Shown here: piece by piece, positions 52,436-63,400 of the stretch
Position numbering within the stretch: the stretch's first letter is position 1
How the letters are laid out: every line of letters begins with the position of its first letter
Sequence record: MK327931.1
From: Escherichia phage vB_EcoM_G17
Reading direction: 5' to 3' (one strand)
Length of the DNA: 64,000 nt
Position numbers and translations under genes: made by a program
The notes under the pieces: model-generated
Databases searched by the model: none
Seen by the model: only the letters and a program-made list of their open reading frames with translations
Told to the model about the DNA's origin: nothing

Positions 52436-53261
52436 CTTCATTTTTCCTTTCAATCATGTTCAATTCAATTTCAATTTGACGTGTATGTGATGGCGTAAAG
52501 CCATGCATTTCAAGTAAATCATCACGTATATTTCGAACATTTTTCTCACTATTCAATATAGAACGAAAACTATTGTTTACGAATGATGTATAGTAAGAGA
52601 AAGGATTTAGCTGAACTGCTGGTTTATCTTTTTTATAAAGAATGCTCTCTTTAAAGAGAAGTGCGTTTTTAACTAATTGTATTCTTGCATCACCCATCAT
52701 TTCATCTAAGTATGTATAGTTTCTGTAATTAGATTTATGAGAGATTTCCTCAGCAAGTTTAATGAACATCTTCCCTAGTTCATTTGTAATTTTACCATGA
52801 ACAGTACTGAATTCACCAGTTTCAAGATCTCCTTTCCAATGAGAACGACATACTTCATAGAGAATTCCTTCATTATCTACAATGTAATGCTTGAATGGTT
52901 CAAAGTTAACTCTAGTGTCGGGTGGAATATGTTCATCAGTGATAACACGAATAACAACTTCATCGATTGGAACATCAGTGATAACTAAATTATTTTCATC
53001 TGCATATTCTTTAGCTTTTTTAGCACTCATACTTTCCTTTTCACGAATACTATCAAGCATTTCATTGTTTAGTCGTTTGATTCGTGCTGCTTTGGCTTTT
53101 TCAAGTAACTCAGTAGTAATTTCTGACTCATGAAAAACAATATAATCATACATACTATATGATTTGTCTAATAACCAGCAGTATGAAATCTTACTTTTTT
53201 GTATTTCACGAAGTAAATCAGCATTATTGAGATACTTTTTACGCTTTGGCCTATTTGTCAT
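52422..53261 (-). CDS. gp55: Late-transcription sigma factor (T4 gp55-like)
   Basis: N-terminus ...KKYLNNADLLREIQKSK... parallels T4 gp55 ...PKYNYVNNKELLQAIIDWK... as recalled; synteny 55-47-46 as in T4. 279 aa, longer than T4 gp55. Confidence 0.6.
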   Translation of the reverse strand: MTNRPKRKKYLNNADLLREIQKSKISYCWLLDKSYSMYDYIVFHESEITTELLEKAKAARIKRLNNEMLDSIREKESMSAKKAKEYADENNLVITDVPIDEVVIRVITDEHIPPDTRVNFEPFKHYIVDNEGILYEVCRSHWKGDLETGEFSTVHGKITNELGKMFIKLAEEISHKSNYRNYTYLDEMMGDARIQLVKNALLFKESILYKKDKPAVQLNPFSYYTSFVNNSFRSILNSEKNVRNIRDDLLEMHGFTPSHTRQIEIELNMIERKNEDGSV

Positions 53262-53349
53262 TGTATTTTACTCTCCATGTTTAAATCCAATAGGTACAAT
53301 CCTTGTACCATCAATGTTATTATAGCACCAAAAAGCATTTTGTCCCACG

Positions 53350-53357
53350 TATAAATA
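53350..53357 (+). promoter_or_regulatory. Late promoter TATAAATA for the baseplate operon
   Basis: Exact TATAAATA 36 nt upstream of the ATG at 53393; GGAGA SD. Confidence 0.55.
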
Positions 53358-53392
53358 CATCAAATGTTCCCTTATTATGGAGAATCAAAAAG

Positions 53393-54124
53393 ATGATTGA
53401 TCGTAGAATTCGATTACGACCTAAAGCCGCAGGTGCTAACTATGTATATGGTGATTTCGGGGATAGCTCCGAACCAACACTACTTTCGTTTCTGCGTCCA
53501 ACTAATGGGTTGGTTTGGACTGTAACACCAACAATTACTGAACAAAGGTCAATTCAGTATGAAACACAGTCTCCTATACATACCAACAGTAACTATAACA
53601 ACTATAAGAACACTACTAATACAGTTTTCACTATTCAGGGTGAATTTTATGCAAATACAGCAGCAGAAGCTATGTATGCGTTGGCATGTGTTCATTTTAT
53701 ACGTTCTGTTTCATTGATGGATTTTGGTAGACAAGCTGCTTCGGCTAATAACCCCGAACTCGCAATTGCGGGTGCACCACCACCAATCTTACTTCTAAGT
53801 GGATATGGTCGTTATACATATAATGATATTCCTGTTATTTTAAAATCTTATAATTTTACTTACCCAAATGATGTTTCTTATATTCAAGTTCCATTGAATA
53901 GTAGCGATAGTACTTTTAATTTATCCGACATGGATAGTAGAAAATTCTTCGAACAACTTAGAAGTACTGGATATATGAACCCACAAGATGAAGTTTGGGT
54001 TCCACAAAAAATCTCAGTTATGTTACAACTTGAAGAACAACCAACATCGGATTATATGACTAAAACGTTCAACCTCAATGCATTCAAACGTGGTGAACTA
54101 TTACGTAAAGGAGGATTCATTTAA
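53393..54124 (+). CDS. Putative baseplate/tail structural protein (243 aa)
   Basis: ORF-track start at 53303 would include the promoter; ATG at 53393 has a proper SD. First gene of the baseplate operon. Confidence 0.45.
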   Translation: MIDRRIRLRPKAAGANYVYGDFGDSSEPTLLSFLRPTNGLVWTVTPTITEQRSIQYETQSPIHTNSNYNNYKNTTNTVFTIQGEFYANTAAEAMYALACVHFIRSVSLMDFGRQAASANNPELAIAGAPPPILLLSGYGRYTYNDIPVILKSYNFTYPNDVSYIQVPLNSSDSTFNLSDMDSRKFFEQLRSTGYMNPQDEVWVPQKISVMLQLEEQPTSDYMTKTFNLNAFKRGELLRKGGFI

Positions 54125-54438
54125 TGTCCAACTATAGTCAATACTCACCTTACGCTAAGGTGAAACAAACATGGTATCTTGGGTATAATTTACCACGTGA
54201 TATTGTTCCGGCTGATACTGATGATTTTTATGAGATCCCATTGAAATATGAATATCAACCTTGGCGTTTAGCATACGAAATGTATGGTAATGAACGCTTA
54301 TATTATATTTTCGCATTGTTAAATCCAGACATACTAGGAGAAGATCCTATATATAATTTTAAAAGTGGAGTAACAATTAGAATACCAGCAAATCAAAGAG
54401 TACAGAATTATCTTAATGGTACTCGAAACATAGGCTAA
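54124..54438 (+). CDS. LysM-like small baseplate protein (gp53/gpX-like?)
   Basis: 104 aa; ...YEIPLKYEYQPWRLAYEMYGNERLYYIFALLNPDILGEDPIYNFKSGVTIRIP... resembles the LysM pattern; AGGAGG SD; TAATG coupling. Confidence 0.4.
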   Translation: MSNYSQYSPYAKVKQTWYLGYNLPRDIVPADTDDFYEIPLKYEYQPWRLAYEMYGNERLYYIFALLNPDILGEDPIYNFKSGVTIRIPANQRVQNYLNGTRNIG

Positions 54439-54449
54439 TGGAGTAACGT

Positions 54450-56699
54450 ATGGCAGATTTACGAAGTACAGTTGATAATTTTCAAAATGATATTACAAGT
54501 ATTACTGGTAAGGCTAAAACCACCACATCTAATGCACTTGATAGTTTGAAAGCTACAGCAAATACATTACAAAATGATGTAAAAACTATTACAAAAAATA
54601 ATTACAAAGCAAATGTAAGTAATGTAGTATCATTACCAAAACAAAGTGCTAGTGTTGATCAAGTTTATGAAGATCTCGATTTAAGTCAGTTTGTAATACC
54701 GTATGACAATAAATTATTGAAATATGATAACCCAACTTGGCACTTTTGTTTATTTGCCTTAGATAAAGATGATTTTAAAAACTTTTGGCTTTACCCAGAT
54801 GCAGAAGTGCAACGACATGTGATATCAGAAAGTGGTGTTACTGGCAAATATAATATCACTAGTGTACAAATGACACAAGCTGGACCTTCAACACCAGGAA
54901 TGACAACAAACTATTGTTTTAATACAGCAGTACTTAATATGTCTGAAAATAATAGTATGAGTCTATATGATGAATTAATTTCGTTAAGTAACAAACTTAG
55001 ATATCATAAATTTATGGACTTGCCATTGATCTTGGAATTAAAGTTTATTGGCTTTAATAAAAATGGAATACCTGAAATTATCCCAGAAACAACAAGACGC
55101 TGGTCAGTTAAAATTAATAGTGTTACTGCAAGTGCTTCACAAAGTGGTAGTACTATGATGTATACTATGAACTTAGTTCATAATAGAGCAGCTTTAGTTG
55201 ATAACATTGAATGGACCTTAAAAGAACCATTCAATTGTACTGCTGAAAACTTTGGTGACTTCTGCTTTGATTTAGAAGATAAATTAAATCAGATGGCTGA
55301 CCAACAATATGGTTATCTTAGATATAAATTTGGTGAATTATCCGAAGGTAAATTTTTCGAATTTAAAGTAGCACCTGATTTGCAAGATTTGTTTATAAAC
55401 TATGATTCTAAACAAATGGCAGAGGCCGGAACAACTAAAAGTGGTGCACAAGGTTCTAAAAACTTTTCATGGAACCCAAGTACTCCTATATCTCGAATTA
55501 TTGATGACGTTATTGATACATGTACTGTACAAGCCGATGATAGTACTAGTGTGCGTCAATTTGTAAACATTATACCAGTTAAACAATACGTTGGTTTTGA
55601 TAATTATCGTAATACTTCTGTGTATAAAGTAATTTTTTATATTGTTAGATTTAAAATAGGTGATATTGTTCATGAATCGGATTTACAACCTGAAAATTTC
55701 ACATTTGAGTACTTTTTTGAGAACGCAGAAAAATACGTAGATCCTAATGATCAAAAACCAAAAATAAACATGAAAACTTATAATTATCAATTTAGTGGGC
55801 TTAATAGTGAGATACTTGATTTGGATTTGAAATTTGATCAGCAATTTTTCGTAGCCACTACACGTAACCCTGGTCCGATACAAGATGTAGCGAACCATGC
55901 AGGTACACATACATCCCAAGAACTCAATATTCAAGGTGTACAATACAATAGTATACCAGACGCATGGGCAAAAACAAGTGATTTACGTGTAACTCGTGAT
56001 TTAGGAGGGATGTTAACACAAGCCCAACAACAATTGTTAACTGAAGTTGAAACTTTAGCAAAAAATCAAATGCAGGTTGGTAACGCAGAAGAACAAGACC
56101 GTTATAATAACTATCAAGTCAATGTTTTACCTCAATATATTGAAGATTATGTAACCACTTATGAAGAAAACGATGGTGGCACTGATGGTGTTGGTCACCG
56201 TTATGGTGAAGTGTTCACAATGCCAACCGAAGCAACTAACAATGAAACAACTTTATCCGCTTCGTTAAACGATAACAGCAGCACATATGAAATGGATAGA
56301 CGTAAAATACGTGACAACTATTACAATAGACCTTTTTTGTGTAAACTCGATATGCGTGTAGTAGGCGACCCGTACTGGTTAGGGTGGAGTGATTACTCTT
56401 ACTTACAATATCTAGAACAAGTAATTAATGGTGAAGATATGGAAATTAACCCAGATGATTATCATGTAGCAAATTATATAACATCTGAAGCGTATCTATT
56501 ACTAAAATTACAACCAGTAATATCAATAAATGATAACACTGGTGTTTTGGATATTAATACACCAACCACATTTAACCAAACAATTTATCGTGTTAATAAA
56601 ATTGTTCATGATTTTGGTGCAGGTGGTTCTTTTACACAACAAATTCAAGCTGCAATTGTAATTCGTGCACTCAAACGTCACGATAGTATAGTTGATTAA
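54450..56699 (+). CDS. Large baseplate structural protein (749 aa; possibly hub-associated)
   Basis: ORF with TGGAG SD, directly upstream of the gp5-like spike gene; no motif recognised. Confidence 0.4.
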   Translation: MADLRSTVDNFQNDITSITGKAKTTTSNALDSLKATANTLQNDVKTITKNNYKANVSNVVSLPKQSASVDQVYEDLDLSQFVIPYDNKLLKYDNPTWHFCLFALDKDDFKNFWLYPDAEVQRHVISESGVTGKYNITSVQMTQAGPSTPGMTTNYCFNTAVLNMSENNSMSLYDELISLSNKLRYHKFMDLPLILELKFIGFNKNGIPEIIPETTRRWSVKINSVTASASQSGSTMMYTMNLVHNRAALVDNIEWTLKEPFNCTAENFGDFCFDLEDKLNQMADQQYGYLRYKFGELSEGKFFEFKVAPDLQDLFINYDSKQMAEAGTTKSGAQGSKNFSWNPSTPISRIIDDVIDTCTVQADDSTSVRQFVNIIPVKQYVGFDNYRNTSVYKVIFYIVRFKIGDIVHESDLQPENFTFEYFFENAEKYVDPNDQKPKINMKTYNYQFSGLNSEILDLDLKFDQQFFVATTRNPGPIQDVANHAGTHTSQELNIQGVQYNSIPDAWAKTSDLRVTRDLGGMLTQAQQQLLTEVETLAKNQMQVGNAEEQDRYNNYQVNVLPQYIEDYVTTYEENDGGTDGVGHRYGEVFTMPTEATNNETTLSASLNDNSSTYEMDRRKIRDNYYNRPFLCKLDMRVVGDPYWLGWSDYSYLQYLEQVINGEDMEINPDDYHVANYITSEAYLLLKLQPVISINDNTGVLDINTPTTFNQTIYRVNKIVHDFGAGGSFTQQIQAAIVIRALKRHDSIVD

Positions 56700-56712
56700 G
56701 GAATAAAATATT

Positions 56713-59376
56713 ATGGCAGATACAAGTAAAAAGTATGCACAACAGCAGTTGGGTCGTTTTGACCCATCTTATCCGCAGTTAGCAACTGTTATGGATAACA
56801 GAGATCCAACTAAATCAGGAAAACTGAAAGTTTGGATACAAGGTTCTCAAAGTGATAAAAACTCAAAAGAATCATGGATAGAAGCATCTTACATGTCTCC
56901 TTTTGCTGGTAAAACACCAGGTATTCCAAGTGCTGATGCATATGGTCAATATCCAAAAGGATACGGTTTTTGGGCAGTACCACCAGACGTAGGGTGTACA
57001 GTTGTTGTAATTTTTGCACAAGCCCGTACATTCCAAGCATATTGGATTGGTTGTGTATATGACCAGCGTATGAATACTATGGTTCCGGGTATGGCAACTG
57101 AAGTAAGTAATTATGGTGGAACTGATATGCCACTTCCTGTTACTGACTATGATCGTAACACTATCACTACCGATATGCAAGACAAATATGCTAACGTTCC
57201 AATCATCGCAGGTCTTAAAAAGCAAAACCTTTTATATGACGAAGAAGCTGGGTTGGCGAATCGTAGTAGTACTCGACAAACCACAAGTACTGTATATGGA
57301 ATGTCATCACCACGTGGAAATAGTTTCATTATTGATGATGGATATACTGAAGAGGAATTAACTGCACCCACATGGGATCAAGACCCAGATGGATATCAAG
57401 ATACGCAATTTAATAACCCAGTAAACGATACCCGTGTTGGTTCTCGTAAAAATGAAGGTGTTGTAATAAAAACACGTAGTGGTGCACAACTTCTTTTATC
57501 AGAAGCAACTGGTGATGTTCTTTTAATTAACCGTGACGGTACTGCACGTATTAAATTCACTGGTGAAGGTGATATTGACATGCATTGTGACAAGAATATC
57601 AATATTCGTGCAGGACAAGATATTAATATTACGGCTGGACGTTCATACAACATTGAAACCGGACAAGATTTCAATGCACGCGTTGGTGCAAATACTAAAT
57701 TAGATCTAATTGGTGCTCTTGATGCAAAAGTTGGTGGACAAGTGGTGGTTAATTCAGGTGCTGACCTTCGTTTAGTTACGGCTGCATCATTACGTATGCA
57801 AAGTGGTAGCAGTACTGATATTACGGCTGGTTCAAATGCTTCTATTTCTGCCGCAACATCTGCAAACCTAATTGGATCATCATCAGCAATTATTAGTGGT
57901 GGTGGTCAAACATTAACAGTTAATAGTGGTGGTAATAGCGGTACTGCTGAATTTACTGCACCAAACTTTAGAACACCATCTGCTGGTCTTAATGAACACA
58001 TTCATGATATCGCTGCATGGGTTAACGCTGAAAATCATGGTAGTTATGTTGAACCACCAAGACAAGGTGGTGGAAGTGGTTCTAGTGAATCACCAGTACA
58101 ACCACAACCAGCAAATGATGTATCACCAGAATTACCCGTAGCACAAGACACTGAAGCTGTTCAGTTTGTTAACTATACATCAGAAACTGAACAAGTTCAA
58201 TCACAAGATTTGATGACATCTGATCCTGGGATGACTGGATATAGTATTACATATGAAGGTTTACATATGTTAATGCCATGTAGCGGTACTATTCGACAAT
58301 ATGGTTACTGGGGGAAAGGTGTTCCAACACAAAGTGGAGGAAAGGCAGACCGTTCAGGTTGGGAAATACAATGTAAAGGTGATGTAGTTGCACCAGATGG
58401 TGGTGTGGTAGTAATTACTAATGGTGCTCTTTTAATACAACATAAGTCTGGATATAAATCTATTTTTTATAATATTCAATCTGATTTATTAAACAAAGAT
58501 GTTGTTCAAAAAGGTCAAGTTGTTGGAAAAGCAAATGGTGTCATACAGTTTGAAATTCGTGTTACATCAGCAAATGTTCTTGGATTCAGTGGTTCTGTTG
58601 ACCCAGGATTATTTTATGCTTCACAAACAGGAACAGGGTCTGATGCGGCGAATAAAACATTAATTGGTGGTCAAGCAACTAATCAATCTGCTCCAAAAGC
58701 AGTTGTACAACCTTCAGTTGATAGTGATGAATTGGTAGTTACAACAAAAATCAAAACGATAGGTACTGGATATTCTCAACGTGGTTCTCGTCATGTGCCT
58801 CGTAGGAGAAGAACACAGAGAAGTGGAGCTTCAACAACTCCGGTGGAGCAACCTACCTATAATATTGGAAATGTTGATAAAACTGCAATCGATTGGAAAG
58901 TTGTTCCAGGTGATGCACAATTTATTTCTGAATTAAAAGAATATGAAGGTACATTACAATACCAACAAGCAAAAGGATATTATCGTAATGGTAAATTCTG
59001 GCGTTATTTGGATAGTCGTGGGTATCCAACTATTGGTTATGGTCACTTGATTATTAGTGGTGAAAACTTTTCAGATGGAATAACTGAACAGCAAGCCAAC
59101 GATATGTTAGTTCGTGATAGTAGTAAAGCTATATATGATGCTAAATCAATTTATGCTTCATATAACATGAAAACACCTTATTTGGCTCAACAAGTACTAT
59201 GCCAAATGGTATTCCAGATGGGTAAAGGTGGGGTACTTAAATTTAAAACTATGTTGTCTGAATTAGCTAAAGGTAATTATAAACAAGCTGCTGCTCAAAT
59301 ACGTAATTCAGCTTGGTATCGCCAAACTACTCGCCGTGCTGAGTTAATGGCTCGTCGTTTAGAGGCATGTCAATAA
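56713..59376 (+). CDS. gp5: Baseplate central spike / tail-associated lysozyme (gp5-like): beta-helix repeats plus C-terminal T4-type lysozyme domain
   Basis: 887 aa. Mid-region repeats (INIRAGQDINITAGRSYNIETGQDFNARVGANTKL...); C-terminal 160 aa match T4 lysozyme (GYPTIGYGHL, MVFQMGKGGVLKFK, NSAWYRQTTRRAE) with Glu/Asp/Thr at catalytic positions; AAGGAA SD. Confidence 0.8.
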   Translation: MADTSKKYAQQQLGRFDPSYPQLATVMDNRDPTKSGKLKVWIQGSQSDKNSKESWIEASYMSPFAGKTPGIPSADAYGQYPKGYGFWAVPPDVGCTVVVIFAQARTFQAYWIGCVYDQRMNTMVPGMATEVSNYGGTDMPLPVTDYDRNTITTDMQDKYANVPIIAGLKKQNLLYDEEAGLANRSSTRQTTSTVYGMSSPRGNSFIIDDGYTEEELTAPTWDQDPDGYQDTQFNNPVNDTRVGSRKNEGVVIKTRSGAQLLLSEATGDVLLINRDGTARIKFTGEGDIDMHCDKNINIRAGQDINITAGRSYNIETGQDFNARVGANTKLDLIGALDAKVGGQVVVNSGADLRLVTAASLRMQSGSSTDITAGSNASISAATSANLIGSSSAIISGGGQTLTVNSGGNSGTAEFTAPNFRTPSAGLNEHIHDIAAWVNAENHGSYVEPPRQGGGSGSSESPVQPQPANDVSPELPVAQDTEAVQFVNYTSETEQVQSQDLMTSDPGMTGYSITYEGLHMLMPCSGTIRQYGYWGKGVPTQSGGKADRSGWEIQCKGDVVAPDGGVVVITNGALLIQHKSGYKSIFYNIQSDLLNKDVVQKGQVVGKANGVIQFEIRVTSANVLGFSGSVDPGLFYASQTGTGSDAANKTLIGGQATNQSAPKAVVQPSVDSDELVVTTKIKTIGTGYSQRGSRHVPRRRRTQRSGASTTPVEQPTYNIGNVDKTAIDWKVVPGDAQFISELKEYEGTLQYQQAKGYYRNGKFWRYLDSRGYPTIGYGHLIISGENFSDGITEQQANDMLVRDSSKAIYDAKSIYASYNMKTPYLAQQVLCQMVFQMGKGGVLKFKTMLSELAKGNYKQAAAQIRNSAWYRQTTRRAELMARRLEACQ

Positions 59377-59388
59377 ATATTTTAGTAC

Positions 59389-59396
59389 TATAAATA
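59389..59396 (+). promoter_or_regulatory. Late promoter TATAAATA upstream of the free lysozyme gene
   Basis: Exact TATAAATA 17 nt upstream of the ATG at 59413. Confidence 0.45.
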
Positions 59397-59412
59397 AAAC
59401 GAGGATATCTTT

Positions 59413-59901
59413 ATGAGTAAATGGGAAATTAAAAATACAGATGAGCAATTTTTTAAGGAAATTAAAGAATTTGAAGGAACTATTGCTTATCAGAAAAAAC
59501 TTGGTTATTTTAAAAATGATAAGTTTTGGGTATATAAAGACAGCTTAGGTCTTGATACAATTGGCTATGGTCACCTAGTTTTACCTGGTGAAAATTTCAA
59601 GAATGGTTTAACAGAAGCACAAGCTGACCAACTTCTTCTTAAAGATGCTCAAACTGCGTACAATGATGCAAAATCAATTTATGAACAATTTGGTATGACC
59701 GCACCTATACAGGTTCAACGTGTATTATGGTTGATGGTATTCCAGATGGGCAAAACCAAAGTTTTAAAATTTAAAAAAGCAATGACCGCATTAGGTAAGG
59801 CTGATTATAAAACTGCTGGTAAGGAATTGCGTGATAGTACATGGTATAAACAAACCACTTCAAGAGCGGAAAAGATGGCACGTATTGTTGAATCCGTATA
59901 A
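59413..59901 (+). CDS. e: T4-type lysozyme (endolysin, GH24; gene e-like)
   Basis: 162 aa; EFEGTIAYQKKLGY...DSLGLDTIGYGHL...LMVFQMGKTKVLKFK...DSTWYKQTTSRAEKMA closely parallels T4 lysozyme; paralog of the spike C-terminal domain. Confidence 0.9.
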   Translation: MSKWEIKNTDEQFFKEIKEFEGTIAYQKKLGYFKNDKFWVYKDSLGLDTIGYGHLVLPGENFKNGLTEAQADQLLLKDAQTAYNDAKSIYEQFGMTAPIQVQRVLWLMVFQMGKTKVLKFKKAMTALGKADYKTAGKELRDSTWYKQTTSRAEKMARIVESV

Positions 59902-59916
59902 TAAAGGAAATAGTCA

Positions 59917-60312
59917 ATGGCAGTTGTTTTTAAAGGTTTTTCTACCCCAGTAGTGGGTAGAACTGAAACATTGTATGATAGTGAATTGGTTCGCCAAGAT
60001 TTAATGAATCATTTCAATACAAAAAAAGGCGAAAGAGCATTTGATGCTGACTATGGTTTTATTGCATGGGATTTGCTGTTTGAATTGGAAGGTTATAATA
60101 CTATCAACCTTTTGGAAGCAGATGCCCGTAGAATAATTAGCTTAGATCCACGCTTAAATCTTAAGAAATTGCAAATTTCAAGAATAGAATATGGATACCA
60201 AATGAATATTGTATTACAGTACGTAGTATTGGATACATTAGAAGAACTTACTATTGTATTCGATGCAAGAAGTAATAACAGAATGGCAACATATTCAGTA
60301 TCGTCTTTATAA
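59917..60312 (+). CDS. gp25: Baseplate wedge protein gp25-like
   Basis: 131 aa; ...KGERAFDADYGFIAWDLLFE... parallels T4 gp25 ...KGSRPFDPEFGCDLSDQLFE... as recalled; AAAGGAAA SD. Confidence 0.7.
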   Translation: MAVVFKGFSTPVVGRTETLYDSELVRQDLMNHFNTKKGERAFDADYGFIAWDLLFELEGYNTINLLEADARRIISLDPRLNLKKLQISRIEYGYQMNIVLQYVVLDTLEELTIVFDARSNNRMATYSVSSL

Positions 60313-60316
60313 TTAC

Positions 60317-60346
60317 AAAAGCACTCTTCGGAGTGCTTTTCTTTTT
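60317..60346 (+). terminator. Rho-independent terminator after the gp25-like gene
   Basis: aaagcactc-ttcg-gagtgcttt stem followed by ttctttttg. Confidence 0.65.
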
Positions 60347-60413
60347 GAATAAATATTTCTATATATAATTCCCAGTACTGAACTAGTACTTTACTGATTT
60401 AAAGGAATAAATT

Positions 60414-63400
60414 ATGTCACAACAAAAAAGGCAATCAAATTTATACGCTGGTGAGGATTGGACTCAAGTATATGAAAGTTTTTATAAAATCAATCTTACA
60501 GCTTATGACTTCGATACTATCCGTCAGAGTATGATTGATTATCTACGTGCAACTTACCCAGACTCATTCAACGACTGGATCGAAAACGACCAGTTTATTT
60601 TTATTTTAGATACGATTTCTATGCTAGGGCAGAACTTGGCATTTCGTATGGATTTGAACACACGTGAAAACTTTTTAGATACTGCAACTCGTCGTGCATC
60701 AGTACTAAAACTAGCTAAAATGATTTCTTACTCACCACGCCGCTCATATCCAGGTCGTGCAGTTGCTAAATTAACCGAAATTAAAACAAACCAAGATGTT
60801 CGTAATAGTTTTAATGAATCATTAAAAGATAAAATCATTCGTTGGAATGACCCGATGGATGCTAACTGGTATGAAAACTTCATTCTAGTAATGAACAGTT
60901 CATTTGTCAGTACTAACCAATTTGGTAATCCAGTCAAGCGTATTGATGTTAATGGTGTCTCTCGTCAACTATATCGAATGAACACCATCCCAATGACAGC
61001 ACCCAGTATTCCATTTATTGCAACTGTCAATGGTGAATCTATGACATTTGAAGTAGTGAATCCTGATATTACGTCTGTTGGTGTTGAAGAACGACATCCA
61101 GAACCACAAGAGCAAAAATATATTGTTTATCAAAATGATGGTAATGGATTTAGTTCACCAAATACTGGTTTTTTTGTATATTTCGTACAAGGTACATTGA
61201 CATATCAAGATTATCAATATGCTATCCGTGAAGAGAACCGTATACAAGATATTAACGTTGATAATATCAACGAAACTGATGTATGGGTTCAAGAAATAAA
61301 TGAAGATGGTATTGTTCGTACCAAATGGACAAAAGTTCCATCAATGGAAAGTATTGCATATAACACTGTTAATCGTCAATTAAAAACAATTTTTGCTGTT
61401 ACTACTCGTGATAAAGATCAAATAACAATTAAGTATCCAGACTCAAGAAGTGGTGTTGTTCCCCGTGGGACGTTCCGCGTATGGTATCGTGTTAGTAATG
61501 GTAAAACATATAACATTAAAACTTCTGAAATTCAAAACAAAAGCGTAAAATATACATATCGTACAAAAACACAGTCAAGTTATGAATCTAGTACATTGGA
61601 TATACGTTTTTCATTACAATATGAGTCCGACCGTGCACAAAGTGCAGAGACTATTGAGCAGATTAAAGCACGTGCACCACAAATGTACTATACACAAAAC
61701 CGTTTTGTCAATGGTGAAGATTATAATATTGCACCACTTAGTTTAGGCAATACTGTACTTAAATCTAAAGCTATTAATAGAATTTATAGTGGACAATCAA
61801 GATTTATTGATATTAATGATCCTACTGGTAAGTATCAAAATACCGATGTTTTTAGTGATGATGGTGCATTATATCAAGAAAACACACAATTTAATAGATC
61901 ATTATTGCTACCAACTACAAAAACAAATGCTAGTATTGTTATTGACAATATTCAACCATTGATTGGTGAAAATGCGGTAATACAACGTTACCAAGCGTTT
62001 CCATCAAATACAATTGGTATTGAAATACAACAAGCATGGACTCCGGTATACAATTCAAATTATACAACTAACACATATGGTAGAATTTTGGGTTCATCTG
62101 GTACAGTTTATGGTTCATATCAGGTTGGTACTCTAATTAAATTTTCTAATTCTGGAACTACTATATGGGCTAGTGTAGTTAGTGTATTGGATAATGGATT
62201 TTATGTACTGAGTACATCGGTTCCAAGTGGAATGCAAGCCATAGAGTACATTTTACCATATAGAACTAGATTTAACTCGGTTGAAGTTCAAGCAATTTCT
62301 GCTATGCTAGATAAAAAAACTGATTTTGTTATTGTACATGACAAAGAAACGACATCATGGGTTCCTATTGAAGTAAGTACCAATGATGATACTATTGTAT
62401 ATAATGGTAATGAAGTTTTAATTATAATTAATGTAAAATATACAGCAGAAACTTGGGAATTTGATGCTAACGGTATTGAATATATTTTTGTGGGTGGAGA
62501 AAAAGTAAGATTTTACTTTGTATCATCTAAAAAAATTACTGATATTAGTACTGGTACAGTTCAAAGTGATAAGATTGAAATTTTATCATCTAACACTACT
62601 AGTAGTAGTAATTCAGGATTGACAAGTAATATAGATTTTCAAATTTATGACACAATTCAACAAGAGAATGGCTATCTAGATGGTTCTCGTGTTATTGTTA
62701 CATCTAGGAAAGTAGATAGTAATGGTATACCATTGGAACCAAACCAATTTAAAGAAATTGTTCCTACTTGGACTGGAACCGATGCATTAAAATATGGTGG
62801 TATTTTGGTATTTCAGGAAAATAGTGATTTCACTATATCAGTACTGTCGTTACCAAATGATACCTTCACACTTCTTGATTCATCGTGGTCTTATACAATG
62901 GAACAAGCCTTGGCAGAGCCGAATGCATATAAAAGAACTGAATTTGTTAGAAATAACGCAATTCGTTCAACCACATTGAGTGGATTATATAGTAAAGGTT
63001 CTGGATTTTTAGTTGGTTTTAACTATGATGGTAAATATTATTTTATTGAACAAACAGTTGGTAACAACAATGATCGTTTAGGACAGCTAATTAGTAATTT
63101 AACTTATTCCGATGATACTGGCACTGTTAGTCCTGAATTGGCTTTTTATCGTGCAATTAATAACATGGGAACTAATGCTGACGAGAATCAGAAGCTAGAT
63201 TATTATGGATACAAAGATGTTACTTCACAGTACACTGTTAAAACTAATGCACGTACTAGTATAGACTTCCATTGGAAACACTATGCACCTGACGACAATC
63301 GCATTGATCCTAGTAGAACAAACTTAATTGATATGTATGTATTAACCAATTCATATAAAACTGAAGTTGACGTTTGGTTGAAAAATAATGCTGTTGGTAG

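Noticed and set aside
53303-53392. Longer ORF-track start for the first baseplate gene
   Set aside because: The extension has no SD and would contain the TATAAATA late promoter; the ATG at 53393 has a GGAGA SD.
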